A stretch of DNA of 64,000 nt, taken from positions 10,031 through 74,030 of the forward strand of contig CAZPMS010000003.1 of the NCBI GenBank assembly GCA_964588165.1. Reading direction: 5' to 3'. The DNA comes from an uncultured Gammaproteobacteria bacterium. GTDB taxonomy: Bacteria > Patescibacteriota > Patescibacteriia > UBA1558 > UBA10009. Shown in pieces: positions 10,515-19,569 of the stretch (the first letter of the stretch is position 1; every line of letters begins with the position of its first letter). A model generated the notes under the pieces. The model had not been told where the DNA came from. It ran no database searches and saw nothing but the letters and a program-made list of their open reading frames with translations. The position numbers and the translations under genes were made by a program.

Positions 10515-13280
10515 ATGGGTTTTTTAGACAAATTATTTGGAGACGGTAATGAAAAATACCTAAAAACCCTCCAACCTACAATAGATAAAATTAATTCACT
10601 CGAAAAGGATTTCGAGAGTTTTTCTAATGATGAATTAAAGTCAAAAACTAATGACTTAAAATTAATGGTTAAGGATGGGAAAAAATTAGATGATATTTTA
10701 CCGGAAGCTTTTGCTTTAACCAAAGAAGCTGCCAAGCGGACTTTAAACATGAAGCACTATGATGTCCAACTTTTAGGAGGCATTGTGTTGCACCAAGGCC
10801 AGATTGCCGAAATGAAAACCGGTGAAGGTAAAACTATAACTGCCACTCTGCCGATATTCTTAAATGCTTTAGCCGGCAAAGGCGCCCATTTAATTACGGT
10901 AAATGATTATTTAGCCAGAAGAGACTCCGTTTGGATGGGGCAAATTTATAATATGCTGGGATTAACCATAGGTTGTATCCAGCATGACAGTGCTTTTATT
11001 TATGATGTTAATTATAAAGCTACAGAAGAAGTTGAAGAAGAAAGAGATAGGGGAATAGTGGTTAATGAAAACTATTTAAGGCCGGTGAGCAGGAAAGAAG
11101 CCTACGAGGCAGATATTACTTATGGCACCAATAATGAATTTGGCTTTGATTATTTGCGCGATAATATGGTCCAATCTTTAGAACAAAAAGTCCAACGGGA
11201 TTTGAATTATTGTATTGTAGATGAAGTGGACTCAATTTTAATTGATGAAGCCAGAACTCCGCTTATTATTTCTGCTCCGGATATGGAATCAACCGATAAA
11301 TACTTCCAATTTGCCAAACTGGTAAAAACTTTAAAGGAAAATGAAGATTACAATATTGATGAGAAAATGAAAGCGGCTACATTAACTGATAAAGGTATTG
11401 AAAATATTGAAAAAGCCTTAGGCGTAGATAATATCTACCAATCCAAAGGCATTCAAACGGTTCATCATTTAGAATCAGCCCTAAGGGCCGAAACTTTATT
11501 CAAAAAAGATAAGGATTACGTGGTAAAAGAAGGTGAAGTTATTATTGTTGATGAATTTACCGGCCGCATGATGTACGGCCGAAGATATTCCGAGGGCCTC
11601 CACCAAGCAATTGAGGCCAAAGAAGGTGTTAAGGTCCAACGTGAATCCAGGACTATGGCCACTATTACTTTCCAAAATTATTTTAGGCTTTATGAAAAAT
11701 TGGCCGGCATGACAGGTACGGCCGCCACCGAATCGGAAGAATTTTCTAAAATTTATAACCTGGAAGTAACAGTAGTACCTACTAATAAGCCAAATATCAG
11801 GAAAGATTTGAATGATTTAATTTACAAAAATGAAATAGCCAAATATAAGGCTGTTATTGAAGAAATTAAAAAAAGAAAGGCAGCTGGCCAGCCGGTTTTG
11901 GTTGGTACTATTTCCATTGAAAAAAATGAACTCCTGGCACAGCTTTTAGAGCAAGGCGGTGTTGAATATAATGCTTTAAATGCAAAAAACCACGCTAAAG
12001 AAGCGGAAATTATCGCCCAGGCCGGTAAAAAAGGTTCTGTTACCCTGGCCACTAACATGGCCGGCAGGGGAGTTGATATTATATTAGGCGGCAACCCAAC
12101 TGACGATAAAGAAGCAGAAGATATTAAAGCTTTGGGCGGTTTGCACGTGATTGGTACAGAAAGGCATGAATCCAGAAGAATTGATAACCAGTTAAGAGGT
12201 AGGTCCGGCAGGCAAGGGGATCCGGGATCAACCCAGTTTTTTGTCTGCATGGATGATGATTTAATGAGAATTTTCGGTTCCGATAGGATGAAAAACATTA
12301 TGACCACTCTAAAAGTTCCGGAAGATATGCCCATTGAAAATAAATTAATTACTAAATCTTTAGAATCAGCCCAAAAAAAAGTGGAAGGCAATAATTTTGA
12401 TATTAGGAAACATCTGGTTGAATATGATGATGTTATCAGCAAGCAACGGGAGGTAATTTATAAAAAAAGAAATCAAGTCTTAAAGCTTTCAGCCGGAGAA
12501 CAAACTGATGAATATAAATCTACCAAGGAAATGGTTTTGGAAATGCTAGCCGAAGAAATTACAAATCTGGTAAATTTCCATGCTGTTTCTGAAAATAATT
12601 CCGGCATTAACTATAAAGAGATTACAGAAACTATTGGCGCTATGTTCCCGCTGGATGATGAGATAAAAGAAAAAATTAACCAAGAAAAAACTCAGGAAAG
12701 TTTAACTGACTATTTAGTTAACTTAACTAAAGATAAATACCAACAGGTAGAAACAGATGTGGCTGGCATGCAGGAACTCCAAGGTGAAGCTGATCCTTTA
12801 AGAAACGTGGAAAAATCTTTAATCCTAAATACCATTGATACTTTTTGGGTGGAACATTTAGAAAATATTGACCATTTAAGAACCGGTATTGGCTTAAGAG
12901 GTTATGGCCAGCGTGATCCTTTAATTGAATTTAAAAAAGAATCATACCAACTGTTCCAATCATTGCTTTCGGCCGTCCAAAACCAGGTTATTTCTACTAT
13001 TTTTAAAATTGGCAAAGCAGCCCAAGTTACTCTTTCACCAATTGCTACTGCCAATATGAAATTCAGCGGTGCCGCTAAAACTGCTATTGATAATAGAAGC
13101 AGCATCCAGAGAATGGCCCAAAATACCAACCAGCCTCAAAAACCAGCTCCTGCTAAAAAACTTGAATCAAAACCTAAAGATGAATCTGGCAAAAAAGTTG
13201 GCCGGAATGATCCATGCCCCTGTGGAGCGGTTAAATCGAACGGCACTCCAAAAAAGTATAAGCATTGCCATGGAAAGTAG
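10515..13280 (+). CDS. secA: Preprotein translocase ATPase SecA
   Basis: MKTGEGKT, DEVDSILIDEARTPLIIS, QLRGRSGRQGDPG and C-terminal [13 protein letters not shown]. Confidence 0.99.
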   Translation: MGFLDKLFGDGNEKYLKTLQPTIDKINSLEKDFESFSNDELKSKTNDLKLMVKDGKKLDDILPEAFALTKEAAKRTLNMKHYDVQLLGGIVLHQGQIAEMKTGEGKTITATLPIFLNALAGKGAHLITVNDYLARRDSVWMGQIYNMLGLTIGCIQHDSAFIYDVNYKATEEVEEERDRGIVVNENYLRPVSRKEAYEADITYGTNNEFGFDYLRDNMVQSLEQKVQRDLNYCIVDEVDSILIDEARTPLIISAPDMESTDKYFQFAKLVKTLKENEDYNIDEKMKAATLTDKGIENIEKALGVDNIYQSKGIQTVHHLESALRAETLFKKDKDYVVKEGEVIIVDEFTGRMMYGRRYSEGLHQAIEAKEGVKVQRESRTMATITFQNYFRLYEKLAGMTGTAATESEEFSKIYNLEVTVVPTNKPNIRKDLNDLIYKNEIAKYKAVIEEIKKRKAAGQPVLVGTISIEKNELLAQLLEQGGVEYNALNAKNHAKEAEIIAQAGKKGSVTLATNMAGRGVDIILGGNPTDDKEAEDIKALGGLHVIGTERHESRRIDNQLRGRSGRQGDPGSTQFFVCMDDDLMRIFGSDRMKNIMTTLKVPEDMPIENKLITKSLESAQKKVEGNNFDIRKHLVEYDDVISKQREVIYKKRNQVLKLSAGEQTDEYKSTKEMVLEMLAEEITNLVNFHAVSENNSGINYKEITETIGAMFPLDDEIKEKINQEKTQESLTDYLVNLTKDKYQQVETDVAGMQELQGEADPLRNVEKSLILNTIDTFWVEHLENIDHLRTGIGLRGYGQRDPLIEFKKESYQLFQSLLSAVQNQVISTIFKIGKAAQVTLSPIATANMKFSGAAKTAIDNRSSIQRMAQNTNQPQKPAPAKKLESKPKDESGKKVGRNDPCPCGAVKSNGTPKKYKHCHGK

Positions 13281-13324
13281 TCTCTACATTATAATTACTT
13301 AGTATTAGCTAAGTTTAAATTAAG

Positions 13325-13352
13325 TTCATATATAACACGGTGTATACGAAAA
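13325..13352 (-). other. dif/pdif-like tyrosine-recombinase site
   Basis: Minus strand TTTTCGTATAC-ACCGTG-TTATATATGAA (11-6-11 layout). Confidence 0.45.
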
Positions 13353-13442
13353 AACAGCTCACTTCTTGAGCTATTTTCTGCAAATTTGACTTATTTTTCT
13401 ATTATCAGTATTATATAAATATACTAATATATTTATATTACT

Positions 13443-13661
13443 ATGCGTAAAATAGATTTAAAAAATGTAATCTGGAAAGAAGGCAAATATTACGTGGCAC
13501 AATGTCTTAATGTTGATGTGTCTAGTTTTGGTAAAACAAAAAAAGAAGCTCTAGCTAATTTAGATGAGGCATTAGAGTTATATTTTGAAGATGTACAAAT
13601 ATCCAAGGTTACCAAAGTAGAAAGACCAGAGGTGGTAAGGCTATCCCTACGCTATGCCTAA
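13443..13661 (+). CDS. hicB: HicB-family antitoxin
   Basis: YYVAQC..VDVSSFGKTKKEALANLDEALELYFE pattern; overlaps toxin start. Confidence 0.85.
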   Translation: MRKIDLKNVIWKEGKYYVAQCLNVDVSSFGKTKKEALANLDEALELYFEDVQISKVTKVERPEVVRLSLRYA

Positions 13662-13872
13662 ACTTTATTCATCTAGTAAAATTATCAAAGTCCTATTATC
13701 TAAGGGCTTTATTTTTATATCCCAAAAAGGCTCTCATGCCAAATATCGCAAATTCAATAGACTAGTTTTAACGGTTATTGTGCCTATTGGTAAAAAAGAA
13801 ATTCCAATAGGAACTTTTAAATCTATTTTACGCCAAGCAAATTTAATAGAAGAAGATTTCAAGAAAAAATAA
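13654..13872 (+). CDS. hicA: HicA-family mRNA interferase toxin
   Basis: GF...SQKGSH catalytic motif; VIVP..KKEIPIGTFKSILRQA. Confidence 0.9.
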   Translation: MPKLYSSSKIIKVLLSKGFIFISQKGSHAKYRKFNRLVLTVIVPIGKKEIPIGTFKSILRQANLIEEDFKKK

Positions 13873-13925
13873 GTCAAAATTCGCATCCGCACACAAGTTA
13901 TATGAAATAATTAAATTTTTAGAAC

Positions 13926-14191
13926 AAAAAAACACCTAGGCCAATAATGACAGCCTAGGTGCTACGAATAAGCTTACCTTGCAGCTCTGAGCTGGGTGCG
14001 ATACAGTCTCCAGCTAGTATTGTTACTTCTCCCAGTTGGCCTGCTTCTTCTAAAGAAAAAAGGAAGAAAGCTTAAGGTAGTTATTTGATACCAGCCTGGG
14101 CACATCATGTTCGCGTAAGACAGCAGAGGTCAGAAGGTGCTAGCTAGCATTTTGCTTATCCGGTTTTGATCCCTTTGTATAAAAAAACTTA
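13926..14191 (-). ncRNA. Candidate ~265-nt structured non-coding RNA
   Basis: TTGACA(14226-14221)-17-TATATT promoter; nested helices; terminator cacctaggc/gcctaggtg plus U7; no long ORF. Confidence 0.55.
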
Positions 14192-14342
14192 AATACTAAT
14201 ATATAATATATTTAATATTTTGTCAATAGTAAGTAATAGCTCAATCAAAACAAAATTAAAAAAATTAAATAAGAAAAACCGCCGAGTTGTGTAACTAGGC
14301 GGTTTTGTGATACCTCAACACTCATCATTTTTTTCTTCTTAG

Positions 14343-14383
14343 AGAATCTATTCTAACTGCACTACCGAATCTCTCGGAATGAT
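14343..14383 (-). pseudogene. Relic of the 3' end of a paralog of the 16305-16571 cassette gene
   Basis: agaatctattctaactgcactaccgaatctctcggaatgat matches about 16311-16351 with few mismatches; a similar terminator lies beside each copy. Confidence 0.7.
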
Positions 14384-14452
14384 CCATGCCCATGCGGAGC
14401 GATTAAAGATGATGGAACTCCAAAAAAATACAAACATTGTCACGGAAAATAA
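14375..14452 (+). pseudogene. Stranded diverged copy of the secA 3' end (SEC-C motif)
   Basis: Reads [25 protein letters not shown] versus secA 13203-13280; about 16 differences in 78 nt, 10 of them silent third-position changes. Confidence 0.9.
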
Positions 14453-14551
14453 TTCTTTTTTAAAAAAATCCTGTATCCACCATAATAAAGTGATGAAAAC
14501 AGGATTTAATGATTGTAATTATAGCCAAGTGCCTGAAGGACTAACTGGTCC

Positions 14552-15000
14552 TTAGGTTGGCTTGTAGCCAGCGATCCAAAAGCCGGAATCCCAATAGTAA
14601 CCGAAGATAATTCTCGCTCTGGGCTTACCGCTTAAATTATCGAATCGCGCGTTACACCAGTACCCATCTCTATTCTTCCAGTGGGTCCCGTTGGGGAATT
14701 CCTCGGCGAAAATCGGTTTTGTTCATTAAGCGTAGCTAGTGTAAAAGGATCAACAACACGCAGGCCACGTTCTTCACAATAAATGTCAACTTCTTCGTCA
14801 GTGGTCATACCAGATTTTAGTTCGAACAAGAAAACATCGATTTCCCCGCCACTACCCCTCGGCATTTGTTCAATCAACCTATGGCCAATAATCTCTCGGC
14901 CAGTACCCTCTAGCACATTCAATGAAGTACGGCTACAATCCACACTGACACGACAGACTATCATGTCGCCATGGTCGCTCTGGATAAATTTAAAAGACAT
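14552..15000 (-). pseudogene. Frameshifted CPR hypothetical protein with Trp-rich C-terminus
   Basis: ATG at 15000 after GAAAGGA; a -1 shift near 14715 continues as IFAEEFPNGTHWKNRDGYWCNARF...YYWDSGFWIAGYKPT* ending at 14552. Confidence 0.65.
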
Positions 15001-15020
15001 GGTATTATCCTTTCTTGTTG

Positions 15021-15133
15021 TTGAATGAATTGTACGAATAATAAAGCACTGCATCAGATTCCAGCTATATTGTCAATAATCTATATAAAATAAAAAACCA
15101 CCTTAAGCTATGTCGAAAGGCGGTTTTGTAATA
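15021..15133. repeat. 113-bp cassette junction repeat, copy 1 (terminator + promoter + leader on minus strand)
   Basis: Identical to 16161-16273 except for one base. Confidence 0.95.
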
Positions 15134-15148
15134 ACCAAAATTAGCTAT

Positions 15149-15400
15149 TTAAGTAAACAATAAGATGCCGGCGATTAGTATGCCAATGATTGGGATGCCA
15201 AATAGAATTATGCGTGTACGAAGTTTTTGCCTGGCTATCAATACGCTTCTACCTGCCTTACCTTGCCTCTGGCACTTATAGCATACACCGTCTTTATGAT
15301 GGATTGTATACCATCTTTCGCCACAATGGATGCAATCTTCCATCTCATCCCTTGATCCTTCAGCCAGTTCGGCCATTAAGTCACCTGTATGGTCGCCCAT
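15149..15400 (-). CDS. Small Zn-ribbon protein with C-terminal TM helix
   Basis: CxxC...CxxC motifs; hydrophobic tail; own TTGACA at 15472-15467. Confidence 0.7.
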   Translation of the reverse strand: MGDHTGDLMAELAEGSRDEMEDCIHCGERWYTIHHKDGVCYKCQRQGKAGRSVLIARQKLRTRIILFGIPIIGILIAGILLFT

Positions 15401-15622
15401 AATCTACCTATGTTTGTTGGATTTAAAAAAACGTTAACATCGAATAATAACATAAACAAATAAACTTGTCAATAATCTATTTAAAATTAATTCATTGGAA
15501 AGCTTAAATAATTACGATAACGATTTAAGAATATATAAAATCCCTTAAAAAATTTATCATAAATAAAAGCGTAAATCATGTAGACTTACGCTTGTAATTC
15601 AGAAACTTTCTAAATTTTCTAC

Positions 15623-16126
15623 TCATTGATCCTGATAAAAGCCGATCCAAAATACACCGCCTAGTACAAAAAATAATACGTACAAAACTAGGAAAAGCCA
15701 TTGGTACGGAAAAATAACAATTTTGGTTGGCTTAATAACATGAGAGCTTTCATCAACTAAGACTTCTCGAATCTTCATTAAAGCAATGCCTTGTTCTGAT
15801 TGCGTTACAGTTAATGAATCAATTTTAAAACGTCTTATGATTGTTGATGTGGTTTGTTTGGCTCCCTGAATTTGTGAATACCAAATAGCAACATCATTAC
15901 TAGGTCGAAAGAAGGCAAAAGCAGAGTGACCACTAGTCAAGCCTCTCTCTTCGATTTTCAGAAGAGCATTGTTAAGAAACTCATCAGCGCGCTCTATGCT
16001 CGGAGCCTCAGCTGCTAACTTAAGCCAATCGCCGATATCACGATCAAAGGTGTAGTCAAGAATGCAGTGGTAAACACTAAGGCCCAGAAAGAAAAGAGTA
16101 AAAGCTATGGCAATAAACTGTTTCAT
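15623..16126 (-). CDS. Two-TM hypothetical membrane protein (cassette)
   Basis: Likely start MKQFIA at 16126 after GAAAGGA; N- and C-terminal TM helices. Confidence 0.7.
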   Translation of the reverse strand: MKQFIAIAFTLFFLGLSVYHCILDYTFDRDIGDWLKLAAEAPSIERADEFLNNALLKIEERGLTSGHSAFAFFRPSNDVAIWYSQIQGAKQTTSTIIRRFKIDSLTVTQSEQGIALMKIREVLVDESSHVIKPTKIVIFPYQWLFLVLYVLFFVLGGVFWIGFYQDQ

Positions 16127-16160
16127 CTCTAAATCCTTTCGCCCTATTAAGAGCTTTTCT

Positions 16161-16273
16161 TTGAATGAATTGTACGAATAATAAAGCACTGTATCAGATT
16201 CCAGCTATATTGTCAATAATCTATATAAAATAAAAAACCACCTTAAGCTATGTCGAAAGGCGGTTTTGTAATA
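16161..16273. repeat. 113-bp cassette junction repeat, copy 2
   Basis: Matches 15021-15133 at an offset of 1140 bp; a partial third copy lies at about 16587-16643. Confidence 0.95.
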
Positions 16274-16304
16274 CCTCAATTCATTGCTTTCTCTTATTGG
16301 TGAT

Positions 16305-16571
16305 TTAATTAGAATCTATTCTAACTGCAACACCGAATTTCTCGGAGTGATGCATAATTAGATCACCAACTGCTTTATATGGAACCTTGCCAGCTGCCCA
16401 AATTCCAGGCTTTCCCTCAATGCATGCATGATAGTCAGCTGTTCTTTTTGTGACAACGATAACTATGGTCTTTTCTTTGGGCCGCCCGCTAAGGTATATG
16501 AAGAAAAAAAGTACCCAAGCCAACAAAGCGCCAACCCCGCCAACAATAATGTAGGTTACCAGGTCTTCCAT
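16305..16571 (-). CDS. Small single-TM hypothetical protein (cassette)
   Basis: GGAG SD; N-terminal TM helix; DYHACIEGKPGIWAAG domain. Confidence 0.65.
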   Translation of the reverse strand: MEDLVTYIIVGGVGALLAWVLFFFIYLSGRPKEKTIVIVVTKRTADYHACIEGKPGIWAAGKVPYKAVGDLIMHHSEKFGVAVRIDSN

Positions 16572-16726
16572 GACCATCTCCGAAGTTGAATGAATTGTGC
16601 GAATAATAAAGCACAATATCATATTCTAGTCATATTGTCAATAGTAGTACAAAAAAACATTAAACAAAACACCCATACAAAAGCTTGCATTTTTTTAGTA
16701 ATTACTCTAAAATAGTACGCAAGATT

Positions 16727-18427
16727 ATGGCAAATAAAGTAAAAGTAGTTACCAGAAGAAAAATCTGGCTAAGTTTCTTAGCCGTTTTAGTTTTGGCCTT
16801 ATTTTGCGGCTTTGTTGTTTATCCTAACTTACCCCAATCATTCCCGGGTAAGTCTTTTTTTAGCGGATTTTATCCACATTTGGGCTTAGATTTACAAGGC
16901 GGAACCCATTTGGTTTACCAAGCTGATGTTTCTACCATAGAATCCGGTGATCAAGATTCAGCCTTAGAAGGCGTAAGGGATGTTATAGAAAGGCGGGTAA
17001 ATGCTTTTGGAGTTTCTGAACCTTTGGTCCAGACCAAATCCGGCAACCGCTTAATAGTAGAACTGGCCGGTGTCCATGATGTAAATGAAGCTATCAAGCA
17101 AATAGGTGAAACACCCTTGTTGGAATTCAAAGAATTGGATGAAACCATGCCGGAACCTTTAACTGATGAGGAAAAAGCCGAGGCTATTGAATATAATAAA
17201 GGTGTTCTGGATAAAGCTAATGAATTAATATCCAGAATTAATTTAGGTGAAGATTTTGCCACCTTAGCCACTGAATTTTCCGAAGATCCTGGAAACAAAG
17301 ATAACGGAGGTGATTTAGGCTTTGCCAAAAGGACAACTTATGTAGAAGAGTTTGATAAAGCAATTTTTGAAGATTTACGCATAGGCCAAACCACCAGCCA
17401 GCCGGTTAAAACCCAGTTTGGCTATCATATAATTAAAAAGGAAGAAGAAAGGGGAGAGGCTGAAAATTTAGAAGTTAGGGCCAGGCATATTTTACTCACC
17501 ACTAAAAATGAGTTTACCAAAGAAGCTCCTCCGGCTGATTGGAAAAATACCCAGCTTTCCGGAAAAAACCTGCAAAAAGCCCAAGTGGAATTTGATCCAA
17601 ATACCGGCCAGCCAAATGTTGCTTTAGATTTTGATAGTGAGGGACAAAACCTGTTTGCCGAGTTAACCAAAAGAAACCTGCAAAAGCCAATCGCCATATT
17701 TTTGGACGGCAGTGCCATTTCTGTGCCAACAGTACAAGAAGAAATTTCACAAGGCAGGGCTATAATCTCCGGCAATTTTAATATAAATGAAGCCAAGCTT
17801 TTAGTGCAAAGGCTTAACGCCGGTGCCTTGCCGGTTCCTATAGATCTTATCAGCCAGCAAACTGTCGGGCCAACTTTAGGCAAAATTTCTTTACAAAAAA
17901 GTTTAATGGCCGGTTTAATCGGCCTGATTGCCGTTATCTTTTTTATGCTTTTCTATTACCGCTTATTGGGTTTGTTTGCTGTTTTAGCTTTACTAATCTA
18001 CGGCTTAGTTACTTTGGCCATATTTGAGGCGTGGCCCGTAACTTTAACCCTTTCGGGAATTGCCGGTTTTATTCTTTCCATAGGTATGGCTGTTGATGCC
18101 AATGTTTTAATATTTGAAAGAACCAAGGAAGAATTAAAAAACGGCAAACCGCTGGGAACTTCTATAGAAGAAGGGTTTGCCAGGGCTTGGCCTTCTATAA
18201 GGGATTCTAATATTTCCAGCATAATAACCTGTTTAATTTTATTCTGGTTTGGTTCCAGCATTATAAAAGGATTTGCCATAACGCTGGGCGTTGGTATTAT
18301 TATTTCCATGTTTTCCGCCATTACCGTAACCAGGACATTCTTGAGGTTAACCTCTGGCAATTTCTTCTCCAAACACCTTGCTTTATTTGGCATTAAAACA
18401 AAACCAACAGATAAATTTCCTACCTAA
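16727..18427 (+). CDS. secD: Protein translocase subunit SecD with inserted parvulin PPIase domain
   Basis: LGLDLQGG, RRVNAFGVSEP, GALP, GMAVDANVLIFER; insert FATLATEFSEDPG..NGGDLG...PVKTQFGYHII; start taken at MANKV. Confidence 0.95.
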   Translation: MANKVKVVTRRKIWLSFLAVLVLALFCGFVVYPNLPQSFPGKSFFSGFYPHLGLDLQGGTHLVYQADVSTIESGDQDSALEGVRDVIERRVNAFGVSEPLVQTKSGNRLIVELAGVHDVNEAIKQIGETPLLEFKELDETMPEPLTDEEKAEAIEYNKGVLDKANELISRINLGEDFATLATEFSEDPGNKDNGGDLGFAKRTTYVEEFDKAIFEDLRIGQTTSQPVKTQFGYHIIKKEEERGEAENLEVRARHILLTTKNEFTKEAPPADWKNTQLSGKNLQKAQVEFDPNTGQPNVALDFDSEGQNLFAELTKRNLQKPIAIFLDGSAISVPTVQEEISQGRAIISGNFNINEAKLLVQRLNAGALPVPIDLISQQTVGPTLGKISLQKSLMAGLIGLIAVIFFMLFYYRLLGLFAVLALLIYGLVTLAIFEAWPVTLTLSGIAGFILSIGMAVDANVLIFERTKEELKNGKPLGTSIEEGFARAWPSIRDSNISSIITCLILFWFGSSIIKGFAITLGVGIIISMFSAITVTRTFLRLTSGNFFSKHLALFGIKTKPTDKFPT

Positions 18428-18433
18428 CCTCCT

Positions 18434-19501
18434 ATGTTCAAAATAATTCAAAAAAGAAAAATTTGGTTCTCATTCTCCGGTCTTTTAGTATTATTAAGTA
18501 TTTTAGCTTTAATTTTTTGGGGACTTAATTTAGGCATAGATTTTACCGGTGGTAGCCTTTTAGAACTTAAGTTTAATGCCAATAGGCCGGATAACTCCCA
18601 AATTCAAGAAGCTGTTGCCGGTTTAGAATTGCCCAATATTTATATCCAGCCGATTGACGATGACGGAATTTTAGTTAGAACTGTTTCTTTATCCGAAGAA
18701 CAACATCAAGATATTTTAAAAGCAATAGATAAAATCGGTTCTGACGAAACAACCGCTACAGAAGATAATTTACACCCAGAGGCTAAAAATTTGAGTGCTG
18801 AAAATTTCGGCATCACAGGCGAAGGACTGGAAAATCTTAAAATAGAAACTATTGGGTCCGGCGGTGAAATGATTGATTTTAATTTAATAGATGATCAGCC
18901 AACAGCTGGTAATTTTAATAGCTTCGAAGAGCTTAGATTTGATTCTATCGGGCCAATTATCGGCCAAGAGCTTAAACAAAAAGCTATCTACGCCATTATT
19001 ATTGTTTTAATTGCGATTATTTTATACATAGCTTATGCATTTAGAAAAGTTTCCCATCCTGTTGAATCTTGGAAATTCGGCTTATCCGCTATTGTTGCCT
19101 TGGCCCATGATATTATCATAATCACCGGCATCTTTGCGGTTTTAGGCCACTTTTTAAATATCCAGTTAGATTCTTATTTTGTTACCGCCCTTTTAACGGT
19201 TTTAGGTTTTTCGGTCCATGATACCATTGTAACTTTTGATAGGACCAGAGAAAATTTGCGCAGGCACCAAGATAAAACTTTTGAAGATGTAGTTAACTTA
19301 AGCGTTAATGAAACAATCGTCCGTTCCCTCAATACTTCCTTAACAACTATATTTGTTTTGCTGGCCATTATTTTATTTGGCGGTGAAACTATTAAATATT
19401 TTGTTTTAGCTTTAATGATGGGTGCCATAGTTGGAACTTACTCATCAATCTTCCTGGCAAGTCCGCTATTAATGATTTGGTATAAAATAAAAAAATATTA
19501 A
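18434..19501 (+). CDS. secF: Protein translocase subunit SecF
   Basis: GIDFTGG, GFSVHDTIVTFDRTRE, RSLNTS and GTYSSIFLASP motifs. Confidence 0.97.
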   Translation: MFKIIQKRKIWFSFSGLLVLLSILALIFWGLNLGIDFTGGSLLELKFNANRPDNSQIQEAVAGLELPNIYIQPIDDDGILVRTVSLSEEQHQDILKAIDKIGSDETTATEDNLHPEAKNLSAENFGITGEGLENLKIETIGSGGEMIDFNLIDDQPTAGNFNSFEELRFDSIGPIIGQELKQKAIYAIIIVLIAIILYIAYAFRKVSHPVESWKFGLSAIVALAHDIIIITGIFAVLGHFLNIQLDSYFVTALLTVLGFSVHDTIVTFDRTRENLRRHQDKTFEDVVNLSVNETIVRSLNTSLTTIFVLLAIILFGGETIKYFVLALMMGAIVGTYSSIFLASPLLMIWYKIKKY

Positions 19502-19569
19502 AAAAAGAACCAGGGTTTATTGGACCTTGATTCTTATGAGTAAACTAGGTTTTAAAACCTAGTTTTTTT
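19501..19569. terminator. Two back-to-back terminators (one per strand)
   Basis: aaaaaagaaccaggg...ccttgattctt (U tail on minus) and aaactagg-ttttaaaa-cctagttttttt (U tail on plus). Confidence 0.65.

Noticed and set aside
13203-14452. secA tail duplication as a DGR template/variable repeat pair
   Set aside because: Mismatches are not confined to adenines and are mostly silent third-position changes; no reverse transcriptase is in the window.
14705-14725. Programmed -1 ribosomal frameshift
   Set aside because: No canonical X XXY YYZ slippery heptamer; a single-base deletion or sequencing error is simpler.
14552-16643. Prophage or classical integron
   Set aside because: No integrase, structural phage gene or clear attC hairpin; the cassettes carry their own promoters.
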